Positions 17,975 to 25,369 of a stretch of DNA of 36,444 bases are shown piece after piece. Each line of letters begins with the position of its first letter. Positions within the stretch are counted from its first letter, which is position 1. A model generated the notes under the pieces. The model was not told the DNA's origin, did no database searches, and worked only from the letters and a program-made list of their open reading frames with translations. The stretch lies in UHGV virus genome UHGV-0373079, one strand, 5' to 3'. The position numbers were made by a program, and so were the translations under genes. The DNA is from a virus.

Positions 17975-18130
17975 ATGAAAACGAATGCTTTTCCAGGTTT
18001 CGATAATATTAAACAGTTGTATGATTGGAATTGTTATACAAAACAAGATTTAGTTGATTACGTGAATATGAATTGCTTAACAAAAGAAGAATATACAAAA
18101 ATTTGTGGGGAACCGTTTAGCGAAAGCTAA
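17975..18130 (+). CDS. XkdX-family small phage protein (51 aa, below the ORF-track cutoff)
   Basis: IKQLYDWNCYTKQDLVDYVNMNCLTKEEYTKICGEPF follows the XkdX pattern ik.fY..g.Yt...v..fV....iT.eqY..ItGe.f. RBS AGGAGCGGAA. Confidence 0.5.
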   Translation: MKTNAFPGFDNIKQLYDWNCYTKQDLVDYVNMNCLTKEEYTKICGEPFSES

Positions 18131-18145
18131 GCGGTTCTTATTATT
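18110..18145 (+). terminator. Rho-independent terminator (12-bp stem, GAAA tetraloop, U-run)
   Basis: GAACCGTTTAGC-gaaa-GCTAAGCGGTTC then TTATTATT. It overlaps the 3' end of the XkdX ORF. Confidence 0.45.
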
Positions 18146-18157
18146 GGAGGAATTGTT

Positions 18158-18379
18158 TTGTCAAATGAAATTGTTGTCGCTGTTATAGGATTAGTAGGCA
18201 GCACAATTGGTGCGTTTATTGGAGTTGTAGCTAGTGCCAATTTGACAGCTTACAGAATTGAACAGCTAGAAAAGAAAGTAGAAAAACATAATGGGGTAAT
18301 TGAAAGAACCTTTAAATTAGAAGGTCGAATGCAAGAAGCGGAACATGACATAATAGAATTGAAAGGAGCAAAAAAATGA
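18158..18379 (+). CDS. Holin-like / XhlA-like small membrane protein (one N-terminal TM plus coiled coil)
   Basis: The N-terminal TM segment is VVAVIGLVGSTIGAFIGVVA. It sits immediately upstream of the holin and endolysin. Confidence 0.45.
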   Translation: MSNEIVVAVIGLVGSTIGAFIGVVASANLTAYRIEQLEKKVEKHNGVIERTFKLEGRMQEAEHDIIELKGAKK

Positions 18380-18582
18380 TTCTACCAGATAAGTACTACA
18401 AGATTATCAAATGGGGCGTGTTAACAGTACTTCCTGCAAGTTCTGTTTTGGTTGCCACACTAGGCAAAGCCTATGGATGGCAGCAAACAGATATGGCTGT
18501 TTTAACTATTAATGCCATAGCAACTTTTTTAGGAGTAGTAACAGGTGTGTCAGCATATAATTTAAAAGACAAGGAGAAGTAA
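18376..18582 (+). CDS. Holin (two-TM, Dp-1/phiLC3-like small holin)
   Basis: 68 aa with two hydrophobic segments and a charged C-terminus KDKEK. ATGA-coupled to neighbouring genes. Confidence 0.6.
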   Translation: MILPDKYYKIIKWGVLTVLPASSVLVATLGKAYGWQQTDMAVLTINAIATFLGVVTGVSAYNLKDKEK

Positions 18583-18584
18583 AA

Positions 18585-19886
18585 ATGAAAAAGAAAATTT
18601 TAGTAGGAGCGCTTGTCGCTCTATTTTTTATGCCTTTAAATGTATTCGCTGCAAAAGGTGATCAAGGCGTTGACTGGGCGATTTATCAAGGCGAACAAGG
18701 CCGTTTTGGCTATGCACATGATAAATTCGCTATTGCCCAGATTGGTGGCTACAATGCTAGCGGTATTTATGAACAATACACATATAAAACGCAAGTAGCA
18801 AGTGCTATTGCTCAAGGTAAACGTGCGCATACCTATATTTGGTATGACACTTGGGGAAACATGGACATTGCGAAAACAACAATGGATTACTTTTTGCCAC
18901 GTATTCAAACGCCTAAAAATTCCATCGTTGCATTAGATTTTGAACATGGAGCGTTGGCTAGTGTTCCAGATGGATATGGAGGATATGTAAGTTCAGATGC
19001 CGAAAAAGCAGCAAATACAGAGACAATTTTGTACGGTATGCGCAGAATCAAACAGGCTGGCTATACTCCAATGTATTACAGCTATAAGCCATTTACACTA
19101 AATCATGTAAACTATCAACAAATCATCAAAGAGTTTCCTAATTCTTTATGGATTGCTGCGTATCCTATCGATGGTGTGTCACCATATCCATTGTATGCTT
19201 ATTTCCCAAGCATGGATGGTATTGGTATTTGGCAATTCACATCCGCTTATATTGCAGGTGGTTTAGATGGTAACGTAGATTTAACAGGAATTACGGATAG
19301 TGGTTATACAGATACCAATAAACCAGAAACGGATACGCCAGCAACAGATGCAGGCGAAGAAATTGAAAAAATACCTAATTCTGATGTTAAAGTTGGCGAT
19401 ACCGTCAAAGTGAAATTTAATGTAGATGCTTGGGCAACTGGTGAAGCTATTCCGCAATGGGTAAAAGGCAATAGTTACAAAGTGCAAGAAGTAACCGGAA
19501 GCAGAGTATTGCTAGAAGGCATTTTGTCATGGATTAGCAAAGGCGATATTGAATTATTGCCAGATGCAGCAACTGTTCCTGATAAACAACCAGAGGCAAC
19601 CCATGTGGTACAATACGGCGAAACATTATCCAGCATTGCTTATCAATACGGTACTGATTATCAAACGTTAGCTACATTAAATGGTTTGGCTAATCCAAAT
19701 CTGATTTATCCTGGCCAAGTATTGAAAGTCAGTGGATTGGCAACAAGTAATGTTTATACTGTCCAGTTTGGTGATAACTTATCAAGTATTGCAGCCAAAC
19801 TCGGCACGACTTATCAAGCTTTAGCACAACGAAACGGGTTAGCAAATCCTAACTTGATTTATCCTGGTCAAAGCTTAAATTATTAA
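18585..19886 (+). CDS. Endolysin: signal peptide + GH25 muramidase + SH3b-like + 2x LysM
   Basis: The N-terminal [24 protein letters not shown] is a Sec signal peptide. GH25 motifs are GVDWAIYQG...YAYFP. Two C-terminal LysM repeats (YGETLSSIA..., FGDNLSSIA...). Confidence 0.8.
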   Translation: MKKKILVGALVALFFMPLNVFAAKGDQGVDWAIYQGEQGRFGYAHDKFAIAQIGGYNASGIYEQYTYKTQVASAIAQGKRAHTYIWYDTWGNMDIAKTTMDYFLPRIQTPKNSIVALDFEHGALASVPDGYGGYVSSDAEKAANTETILYGMRRIKQAGYTPMYYSYKPFTLNHVNYQQIIKEFPNSLWIAAYPIDGVSPYPLYAYFPSMDGIGIWQFTSAYIAGGLDGNVDLTGITDSGYTDTNKPETDTPATDAGEEIEKIPNSDVKVGDTVKVKFNVDAWATGEAIPQWVKGNSYKVQEVTGSRVLLEGILSWISKGDIELLPDAATVPDKQPEATHVVQYGETLSSIAYQYGTDYQTLATLNGLANPNLIYPGQVLKVSGLATSNVYTVQFGDNLSSIAAKLGTTYQALAQRNGLANPNLIYPGQSLNY

Positions 19887-19901
19887 TTAAAAACGTAAAA
19901 G

Positions 19902-19935
19902 CCTACTTCTCTTTGTGAGAGGTAGGTCTTTTTTT
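19902..19935 (+). terminator. Rho-independent terminator after the lysis cassette
   Basis: CCTACTTCTC-tttgt-GAGAGGTAGG forms a 10-bp stem, then TCTTTTTTT. Confidence 0.6.
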
Positions 19936-19936
19936 G

Positions 19937-20235
19937 TATACGATTTTCAATACTATTTGTATGTATAAATATGCAAATAGTATTTGATGAAATAAAAGTA
20001 AACATTAAAATAATCATAATGCAAAATCAGTGCAAAATATTTTGCATTTCTCTACTTTTTTACCCTTTTCTTTTAGAAATAAAAAGAGCTAAAACCTTTA
20101 TTTTATAAGGTTTTAGCTCTTTTTTCGTTTTTCTCTACTTTTCTAAAAATGGAGACGGCGGTCGTAAAACCTAGCTTGTAAATGCTGGTTTTATAGCTGT
20201 TTTTAACTGCTTGATGCAAAAATAATGCAAAAAAA
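19937..20235. other. Non-coding region between the lysis module and the 3' end of int; candidate attP
   Basis: No ORF. Inverted repeat CAATACTATTTG/CAAATAGTATTTG (19948-19986) and perfect palindrome TGCAAAATATTTTGCA (20031-20046). It sits adjacent to the 3' end of the integrase gene, as attP usually does. Confidence 0.35.
20081..20126. terminator. Bidirectional terminator (perfect 18-bp stem flanked by an A-run and a T-run)
   Basis: AAAAAGAGCTAAAACCTT-tattttat-AAGGTTTTAGCTCTTTTT. Confidence 0.55.
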
Positions 20236-21366
20236 TTATACATACATTTGTTTCATCACTTCATTAACAGCATTACTTTCTTTTTGTTCCATCTCGTCTA
20301 AAATGTGTTGATAGGTTTGTAAAGTGGTTACAATATCCTTATGTCCAAGGCGACGAGATACATATTTTATATTTATTCCTTTATACAACATTATTGAAGC
20401 GTGGGTATGCCTTAAACCATGACAGGTCAATTCTTTTGTACTGATCTTTCTACAGAATTTACGTAGGATTTTATTTACAGCTGTATTCGATATAAGTTCC
20501 ATATTGTCATTCAAAAATACTAAATTATTTTCGTTGCGTAGACCAGATTTTAAATAATATTCTTTTTGATGTAACTGTAATTTCTTTAATAAATCGAGCG
20601 TATCATCATCAATAGTGATTATTCTTTTTGATTGATAATTTTTCGTATTGGAGAATGTATGTGTATATTTATAGTCCCATGTTTTATTTACTTTTACAGT
20701 TTTATTCTTGAAGTCGATACAGTCCCAAGTCATGCCTATAATTTCTGAAAAACGGCAACCAGTCGCAATACCAAACAGAATAATAAATCGAGAAGTATAA
20801 GTGGGTTTTATACCTTCTAATATTTCGTGAACTAGATGGATAGATTCTTGATAATTCAAATATTTCAATTCTTCGTGCTTAGGATTCTTTTTGCCTATAG
20901 CTTGTACTCGATAGGTAGGGTCTCTATGAATAATGCCTTCTTCCAAAGCATCTTTAAGAGCAGCTCGCATATACGTATGATGTTTTTTTACTGAAGCTGT
21001 AGCGTGTGTTTCCCCATAGTCATTCAGGGCCTTTTGATATTCTTGTCGAGTCAATTCTTTTAATTTTGTATCAGGAAAATATCTCTCACTAAAATCAACA
21101 GCCCGACGAATATCACCGTCATTGTCTTGTGATAACTTTCCTTTCCTGTAAACTTCAAACCAGTTTCGAAAATACTCATTAAATAATTTTTCGCCTTCTT
21201 TTAGTGAGTATCCTTTAGAATACCTAGCTTCAATTTCTGAGGCTGCCAATTGCGCTTCTTTTTTTGTTGAAAACCCATTACCGCTTTTTGTTTTATATCG
21301 GCCATCTTTATCTTTATAAGAGACTCGATATTGCCATCCGCTTTTTAATTTTTTTATGCTCGCCAT
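20236..21366 (-). CDS. int: Tyrosine site-specific integrase with N-terminal AP2-like arm-binding domain
   Basis: C-terminal HGLRHTHAS...LGH...Y catalytic motifs. N-terminal SGWQYRVSYKDKDGRYKTKSGNGFSTKKEA. GGAGGTGATATC precedes ATG 21366. Confidence 0.85.
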   Translation of the reverse strand: MASIKKLKSGWQYRVSYKDKDGRYKTKSGNGFSTKKEAQLAASEIEARYSKGYSLKEGEKLFNEYFRNWFEVYRKGKLSQDNDGDIRRAVDFSERYFPDTKLKELTRQEYQKALNDYGETHATASVKKHHTYMRAALKDALEEGIIHRDPTYRVQAIGKKNPKHEELKYLNYQESIHLVHEILEGIKPTYTSRFIILFGIATGCRFSEIIGMTWDCIDFKNKTVKVNKTWDYKYTHTFSNTKNYQSKRIITIDDDTLDLLKKLQLHQKEYYLKSGLRNENNLVFLNDNMELISNTAVNKILRKFCRKISTKELTCHGLRHTHASIMLYKGINIKYVSRRLGHKDIVTTLQTYQHILDEMEQKESNAVNEVMKQMYV

Positions 21367-21430
21367 GATATCACCTCCAATATTCAATTTTGAGTGCCTA
21401 ATTGAATACATTATAGCTTAGAATAAAAAA

Positions 21431-21748
21431 CTAAAATATCAGCATAAACAGTAAAATTATTAATATTAACCCTAAACAGCCGCAACCTACTTCAGTTGAG
21501 TCGTTATTTGAAATGGAATCAGTTTTTTTATTGTATGTTTTATTAGTATTAGATGAAAGAGGATTAACACCAAAAGTAGTTTTATTGTAAGCTTTGTTAT
21601 ATATTGCTTTTTTCGGGTCTTTAATCCAGCCAGCTCCCTTTTTACCATAAGCTGGTGCTGTTGTTTTTTTTACAGATCTTTTGACTTTACCAGTTGTTCT
21701 AGCACTAACTGATTTTTTTATACTAGGTTTTCTTGGTCCTATTTTCAT
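21431..21748 (-). CDS. Small lysine-rich tail-anchored membrane protein (moron; function unknown)
   Basis: 105 aa, very basic N-terminal 85 aa, C-terminal TM segment CGCLGLILIILLFMLIF. Located between int and the immunity genes. Confidence 0.4.
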   Translation of the reverse strand: MKIGPRKPSIKKSVSARTTGKVKRSVKKTTAPAYGKKGAGWIKDPKKAIYNKAYNKTTFGVNPLSSNTNKTYNKKTDSISNNDSTEVGCGCLGLILIILLFMLIF

Positions 21749-21832
21749 TGTTAAATCCTCATTTCTGATATAATGTATTTATAAGTAAATCTCGAAATGG
21801 GTTTTTGAGTCCGTGTTACCGCACGGGCTTAT

Positions 21833-22753
21833 TTATTTTTTGTTAGTATTATCATCAGAGTATAATCCAAGTTCTTCAAAGATATCTTGCCAAAATGGCT
21901 TACTCCCATACTTATCTATATATGCTTTTTGTAATGCAATTTTAGAAGCTTCCTCTGCACGTTTTTGTTCTTCTGCAACTTTAGCGTTAATCTTATAATT
22001 TATTGCGTGATAAATATTGATATTTTGATTACGTATTTTGAATACATAATTTAAAGCTAAATGATGTGGAAGATGTAATATATGTTCAAAATAGTTTAAA
22101 AGACGATTGTGCATAGCTGGTTCACTCATTTTAGTAGCTCTACACATGTCTTTAAATCTATACTTTTTAATAAGCATATATTCTAATCGTTCCGTTGGGC
22201 AGAAAAGGATAGATGCAATATTGTTCGCTTCGTTTTCAAACGGAATTAGTTCAGGCAAATACTGTCCTTCTACCTGTTCATTGGCTAATGAAACAAAAAC
22301 TTGCTTTTTTTTACCATCAAGGATATGAAAATAAAAATGACACAACTCGTGTAAGATAGTAAATATAACTCGTTGAAGCACACGATCTTGATTAATCATT
22401 ATTAATGTTCTTTTTCCGTTTGGAATAGTGATACCTGAAATTCTATTGACAATGTCGATAGGCAAAAATTGAAAATCTGCATTAAAGACCAAATCTTTAT
22501 ATTTTATCCATGATAAGTCACTTTGAGTCGAAGGCCATTCATCATCTAATGAAAAAATCTCAGTAGGGTCTGCTTCAAAAAAAACAAAGTGGATATTAAA
22601 CTGTGATTGAAAAAAAGAAATTATATTTTGATAAGTTAATTCTTTAATTTCAACGTGTTGAAAGCGAGAGATATTTAAAAGCAATATGTTTGCCTTTTTG
22701 GCATAATCTAAATATTCATTTGTTGGCACGTGTTGATATTCATATTTCGTCAT
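21833..22753 (-). CDS. ImmA/IrrE-family HExxH metallopeptidase (anti-repressor protease partner of the XRE repressor)
   Basis: Contains HELCHFYFH. The stop is 14 bp from the start of the XRE gene on the same strand. Confidence 0.6.
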   Translation of the reverse strand: MTKYEYQHVPTNEYLDYAKKANILLLNISRFQHVEIKELTYQNIISFFQSQFNIHFVFFEADPTEIFSLDDEWPSTQSDLSWIKYKDLVFNADFQFLPIDIVNRISGITIPNGKRTLIMINQDRVLQRVIFTILHELCHFYFHILDGKKKQVFVSLANEQVEGQYLPELIPFENEANNIASILFCPTERLEYMLIKKYRFKDMCRATKMSEPAMHNRLLNYFEHILHLPHHLALNYVFKIRNQNINIYHAINYKINAKVAEEQKRAEEASKIALQKAYIDKYGSKPFWQDIFEELGLYSDDNTNKK

Positions 22754-22767
22754 AGGCAGTCACCCGA

Positions 22768-23160
22768 CTAATCTTTCCACTTAGTATCATCATCCAATAA
22801 TCCTTTAGCAATTTTCATCATGCCTTTAAGGGAATTATTGAATTTTTTCTTTTCTTCTGCGGTCATGTCTTCACTTTCCATCCGAAATGCAGCTAAAAGC
22901 TCATTTTCCTCTTCGTCTTTAATCAGGCGAGAAAAATCTTCTTTAGATGAAGAGATATTGGGATTTTCTGTTCTTCCCAATAGATAGTCAACAGAGACAT
23001 TAAAATATTCTGCAATTTCTTTCAGTTTTTCAGCCGATGGCTGTTTGCCACTTTTTAGACTGTAGAAATAGTTTTCACTATATCCTAAATCTAAAGTTAC
23101 TTGTTTTATAGTTTTCGATCGATTTTTTGCAAGTATTTTGATACGTTCAAATACTGTCAT
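22768..23160 (-). CDS. XRE-family CI-like repressor
   Basis: The N-terminal HTH_XRE region is MTVFERIKILAKNRSKTIKQVTLDLGYSENYFYSLKSGKQPSAEKLKEIAEYFNVSVDYLL. Transcribed divergently from the Cro-like gene. Confidence 0.75.
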   Translation of the reverse strand: MTVFERIKILAKNRSKTIKQVTLDLGYSENYFYSLKSGKQPSAEKLKEIAEYFNVSVDYLLGRTENPNISSSKEDFSRLIKDEEENELLAAFRMESEDMTAEEKKKFNNSLKGMMKIAKGLLDDDTKWKD

Positions 23161-23227
23161 ATCAATATTCTCCTTAGATTCTTACAAAAAAACAATAAAA
23201 AAGTGTAGTTTTTAGTTTACAAAAGAA

Positions 23228-23239
23228 ACACTATAGTGT
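23228..23239. promoter_or_regulatory. Operator palindrome ACACTATAGTGT (site 1); related half-site AGTGTAGTT at about 23204-23212
   Basis: Perfect 12-bp palindrome in the divergent repressor/cro intergenic region. Confidence 0.45.
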
Positions 23240-23360
23240 ATATTGTTATTGTAAGTTAATTTAATAGATAAAACAAACTAAAACACACCTTATTAGCATT
23301 AAGTTTGGCGACCGAGTGCGAAAAAAAGGCTTTGTTATAGGTTTATTTCTTATGCTCTTA

Positions 23361-23380
23361 TACTACACTATAGTGTAGTA
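23361..23380. promoter_or_regulatory. Operator palindrome TACTACACTATAGTGTAGTA (site 2, 20 bp, perfect)
   Basis: It shares the 12-bp core with site 1. It lies about 70 bp upstream of the cro-like start. Confidence 0.5.
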
Positions 23381-23449
23381 GTTAGTCAACAGTATTTTTC
23401 TATTTCTATTAAATTAACTTACTAAATTATAAAGAAAGGAGCATAGAAC

Positions 23450-23641
23450 ATGCCAGATACAACGAAAGGCAGAACTAAAATTCGTGAATACTTTGATGAT
23501 AAGAAAATTTCATTAACATCTGTAGCAACATACTTCAACATTCCCAAACAAGACTTGAACGATTATCTTTCTGGAAAAAATCAAAGTAAAAAGGCTCACG
23601 AAACACTGACTGCAATTATTGAATACTACAAAATCAGATAG
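23450..23641 (+). CDS. Cro-like small DNA-binding protein
   Basis: 63 aa, first gene rightward from the switch region, RBS AAGGAG. Confidence 0.45.
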   Translation: MPDTTKGRTKIREYFDDKKISLTSVATYFNIPKQDLNDYLSGKNQSKKAHETLTAIIEYYKIR

Positions 23642-23652
23642 GGGGCAGTAAG

Positions 23653-23982
23653 ATGACGCAACTGATAGAATCAAAGATTTCAATCAAGATACCATCTAAT
23701 TTGATTCTTATTGAAAAGGCAAAAGTTTTAGAATTGGAAAACCAAAGCTTAATTGGTCAGACATGGAATGCGAAAGATGTAACTAATCGTTTAGGCGGCA
23801 AAGATATACGTGACTGGAAACTTGTTTTCTATAAACACCGTGAAGAGGTAGATATAAAAAATGGTGGATTTGTAAAGTTCCCAACTAGAAAAGGGATGCC
23901 ATGGAAGTTCCACGCTAAGATGACAGCTCATTTTATAGATAATCATTGGAAAGAGTTCATGGAGACAAAAGATCGTTTTTAA
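23653..23982 (+). CDS. Hypothetical early protein
   Basis: 109 aa with RBS GGGGG. Confidence 0.3.
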   Translation: MTQLIESKISIKIPSNLILIEKAKVLELENQSLIGQTWNAKDVTNRLGGKDIRDWKLVFYKHREEVDIKNGGFVKFPTRKGMPWKFHAKMTAHFIDNHWKEFMETKDRF

Positions 23983-23996
23983 AGGAGGAAAAAAGA

Positions 23997-24761
23997 ATGA
24001 CAAATTTAGTAATTATGAAAGACCAACAAGCGGTAACAAGTAGTTTACAAGTTGCAGAAGTATTTGAAAAGCAACACAAAGATGTATTAGAGGCAATTGA
24101 CACAAAAATTAAATCGGCGGAAAATTCCGCTCATTACCAAAATATGTTTGCCGAAGGAGAATATAAAGATTCAAGAGGTAGAAAACAAAGGTTGTATTAC
24201 ATGAATCGTGACGGTTTTTCTTTTATTGCATTTGGATTCACAGGTCAAAAAGCAGATACATTCAAACTGAAATATATTGAGGCTTTTAATCAAATGGAAA
24301 ATCACATCAAAGAACAATTAGACACATCAACTTTAAGTCCAGAACTACAATTCATGAATAGCGTAGTCCAATCATTAGCCAAGCAAGAAATGGAAACGAA
24401 ACGTATCGAAACAAAAGTGGATAACATTAGCGAGATTGTGGCATTGAATACTGTTGACTGGCGCAGAGATAGTCAACGACTCATTTCTAAAATTGCTCAA
24501 TCACGTGATGGTGGTGCCAATTATCAACTCGTGCGGTCGGAAATTTATCAAGAAACAGAACGACGTGCGAAAGCTGACCTGAATCGACGGTTAAAAAATC
24601 GGAAACAAAGGATGGCGCTAGAAGGTGTAGGGAAATCAAAAATCAATGCCCTTAACAAGTTAGACATTATTGGTGAAAACAGCAGATTATTAGAAATCTA
24701 TATTTCTGTGGTTAAAGATTTTGCCATTAAGCATGGTGTTGCTTTAAATGGAGCTTTATAG
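23997..24761 (+). CDS. Rha-family phage regulatory protein (Phage_pRha N-domain)
   Basis: MTNLVIMKDQQAVTSSLQVAEVFEKQHKDVLEAID is a typical Rha N-terminus. AAAGGAGG lies before ATG 23997. The TTG at 23946 in the ORF track is unlikely to be the start. Confidence 0.7.
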   Translation: MTNLVIMKDQQAVTSSLQVAEVFEKQHKDVLEAIDTKIKSAENSAHYQNMFAEGEYKDSRGRKQRLYYMNRDGFSFIAFGFTGQKADTFKLKYIEAFNQMENHIKEQLDTSTLSPELQFMNSVVQSLAKQEMETKRIETKVDNISEIVALNTVDWRRDSQRLISKIAQSRDGGANYQLVRSEIYQETERRAKADLNRRLKNRKQRMALEGVGKSKINALNKLDIIGENSRLLEIYISVVKDFAIKHGVALNGAL

Positions 24762-24763
24762 CT

Positions 24764-24952
24764 ATGTCCTACAACGAAGAACAGCAAAAATGGATATATG
24801 AACAAATTCAAGCTGAACGCCGCATGATTCAAATAGACAGAGAAGCATTAAAGAAATCTGGCAGACTGACGGATAAGGAATTATCGAGGATGCAGAGCGA
24901 GTTGGAATTTTTACGTGAAATGGAGCTAGAGAATAAAGTTCAACTATCTTGA
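24764..24952 (+). CDS. Hypothetical small protein
   Basis: 62 aa, coupled. Confidence 0.3.
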   Translation: MSYNEEQQKWIYEQIQAERRMIQIDREALKKSGRLTDKELSRMQSELEFLREMELENKVQLS

Positions 24953-25146
24953 GAAAGGGGAAAATGAAGATGAAAAAATTATATCAAGCGAGACTATTCG
25001 GCGCCTTCCTAGCGATGATTGCATTAGGCATTGCGCTAAAAAGTAACTTCACACTTATTGCGTTGTTGTTAGTAGGCACGCCGTTAATTGTTGTATGGTT
25101 TTTTAACTGGGATGAAGCAAAGTACGAAGCTAATTCAAAAAAGTAA
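24949..25146 (+). CDS. Small two-TM membrane protein
   Basis: Hydrophobic segments LFGAFLAMIALGIAL and LIALLLVGTPLIVVWFF. Confidence 0.35.
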   Translation: MRKGKMKMKKLYQARLFGAFLAMIALGIALKSNFTLIALLLVGTPLIVVWFFNWDEAKYEANSKK

Positions 25147-25163
25147 CGAAAGTGGTGAAGTAA

Positions 25164-25352
25164 ATGCTATCTACAGATGAAATGACGGACATCTTATTGT
25201 TGGTGAAAGAAAAAATTGACCTGTTAAGACAGATGATTTTTCTAGAGAACGCAAAGCCTGAAGGTATGATCACTTATCACTTTTTAAAAGAATTAGAGGC
25301 AGAACATGAAAAATATGAACGTATCTATGACAAGTTACTTCAGAATGCTTAA
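25164..25352 (+). CDS. Hypothetical small protein
   Basis: 62 aa. Confidence 0.3.
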   Translation: MLSTDEMTDILLLVKEKIDLLRQMIFLENAKPEGMITYHFLKELEAEHEKYERIYDKLLQNA

Positions 25353-25369
25353 TGAGGAGGTGATTTACT

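Noticed and set aside
19887-21411. Interpretation as two adjacent prophages (end of one, start of another)
   Set aside because: Only 350 bp of non-coding DNA and no host gene separate the lysis cassette from int. The left and right ends of the window (RusA at 36016-36414, then ArpU at 195-695) are compatible with a single circularly permuted genome. Single-genome circular permutation is the simpler reading, though I cannot verify it without the source assembly.
21790-21830. Hairpin CCGTG-ttaccg-CACGG with a downstream T-run between the ImmA-like gene and the small membrane protein gene
   Set aside because: The T-run is on the plus strand while both flanking genes are on the minus strand. The stem is only 5-6 bp, so it is too weak and wrongly oriented to call a terminator.
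21813-22328. Plus-strand ORFs 21813-21998 and 22107-22328 overlapping the ImmA-like gene, and minus-strand ORFs 3885-4235, 5147-5377, 5548-5757, 9894-10133 and others
   Set aside because: Their products are low-complexity F/L/I-rich translations typical of the antisense strand of AT-rich genes. Each is embedded in a well-supported gene on the other strand and lacks an RBS.
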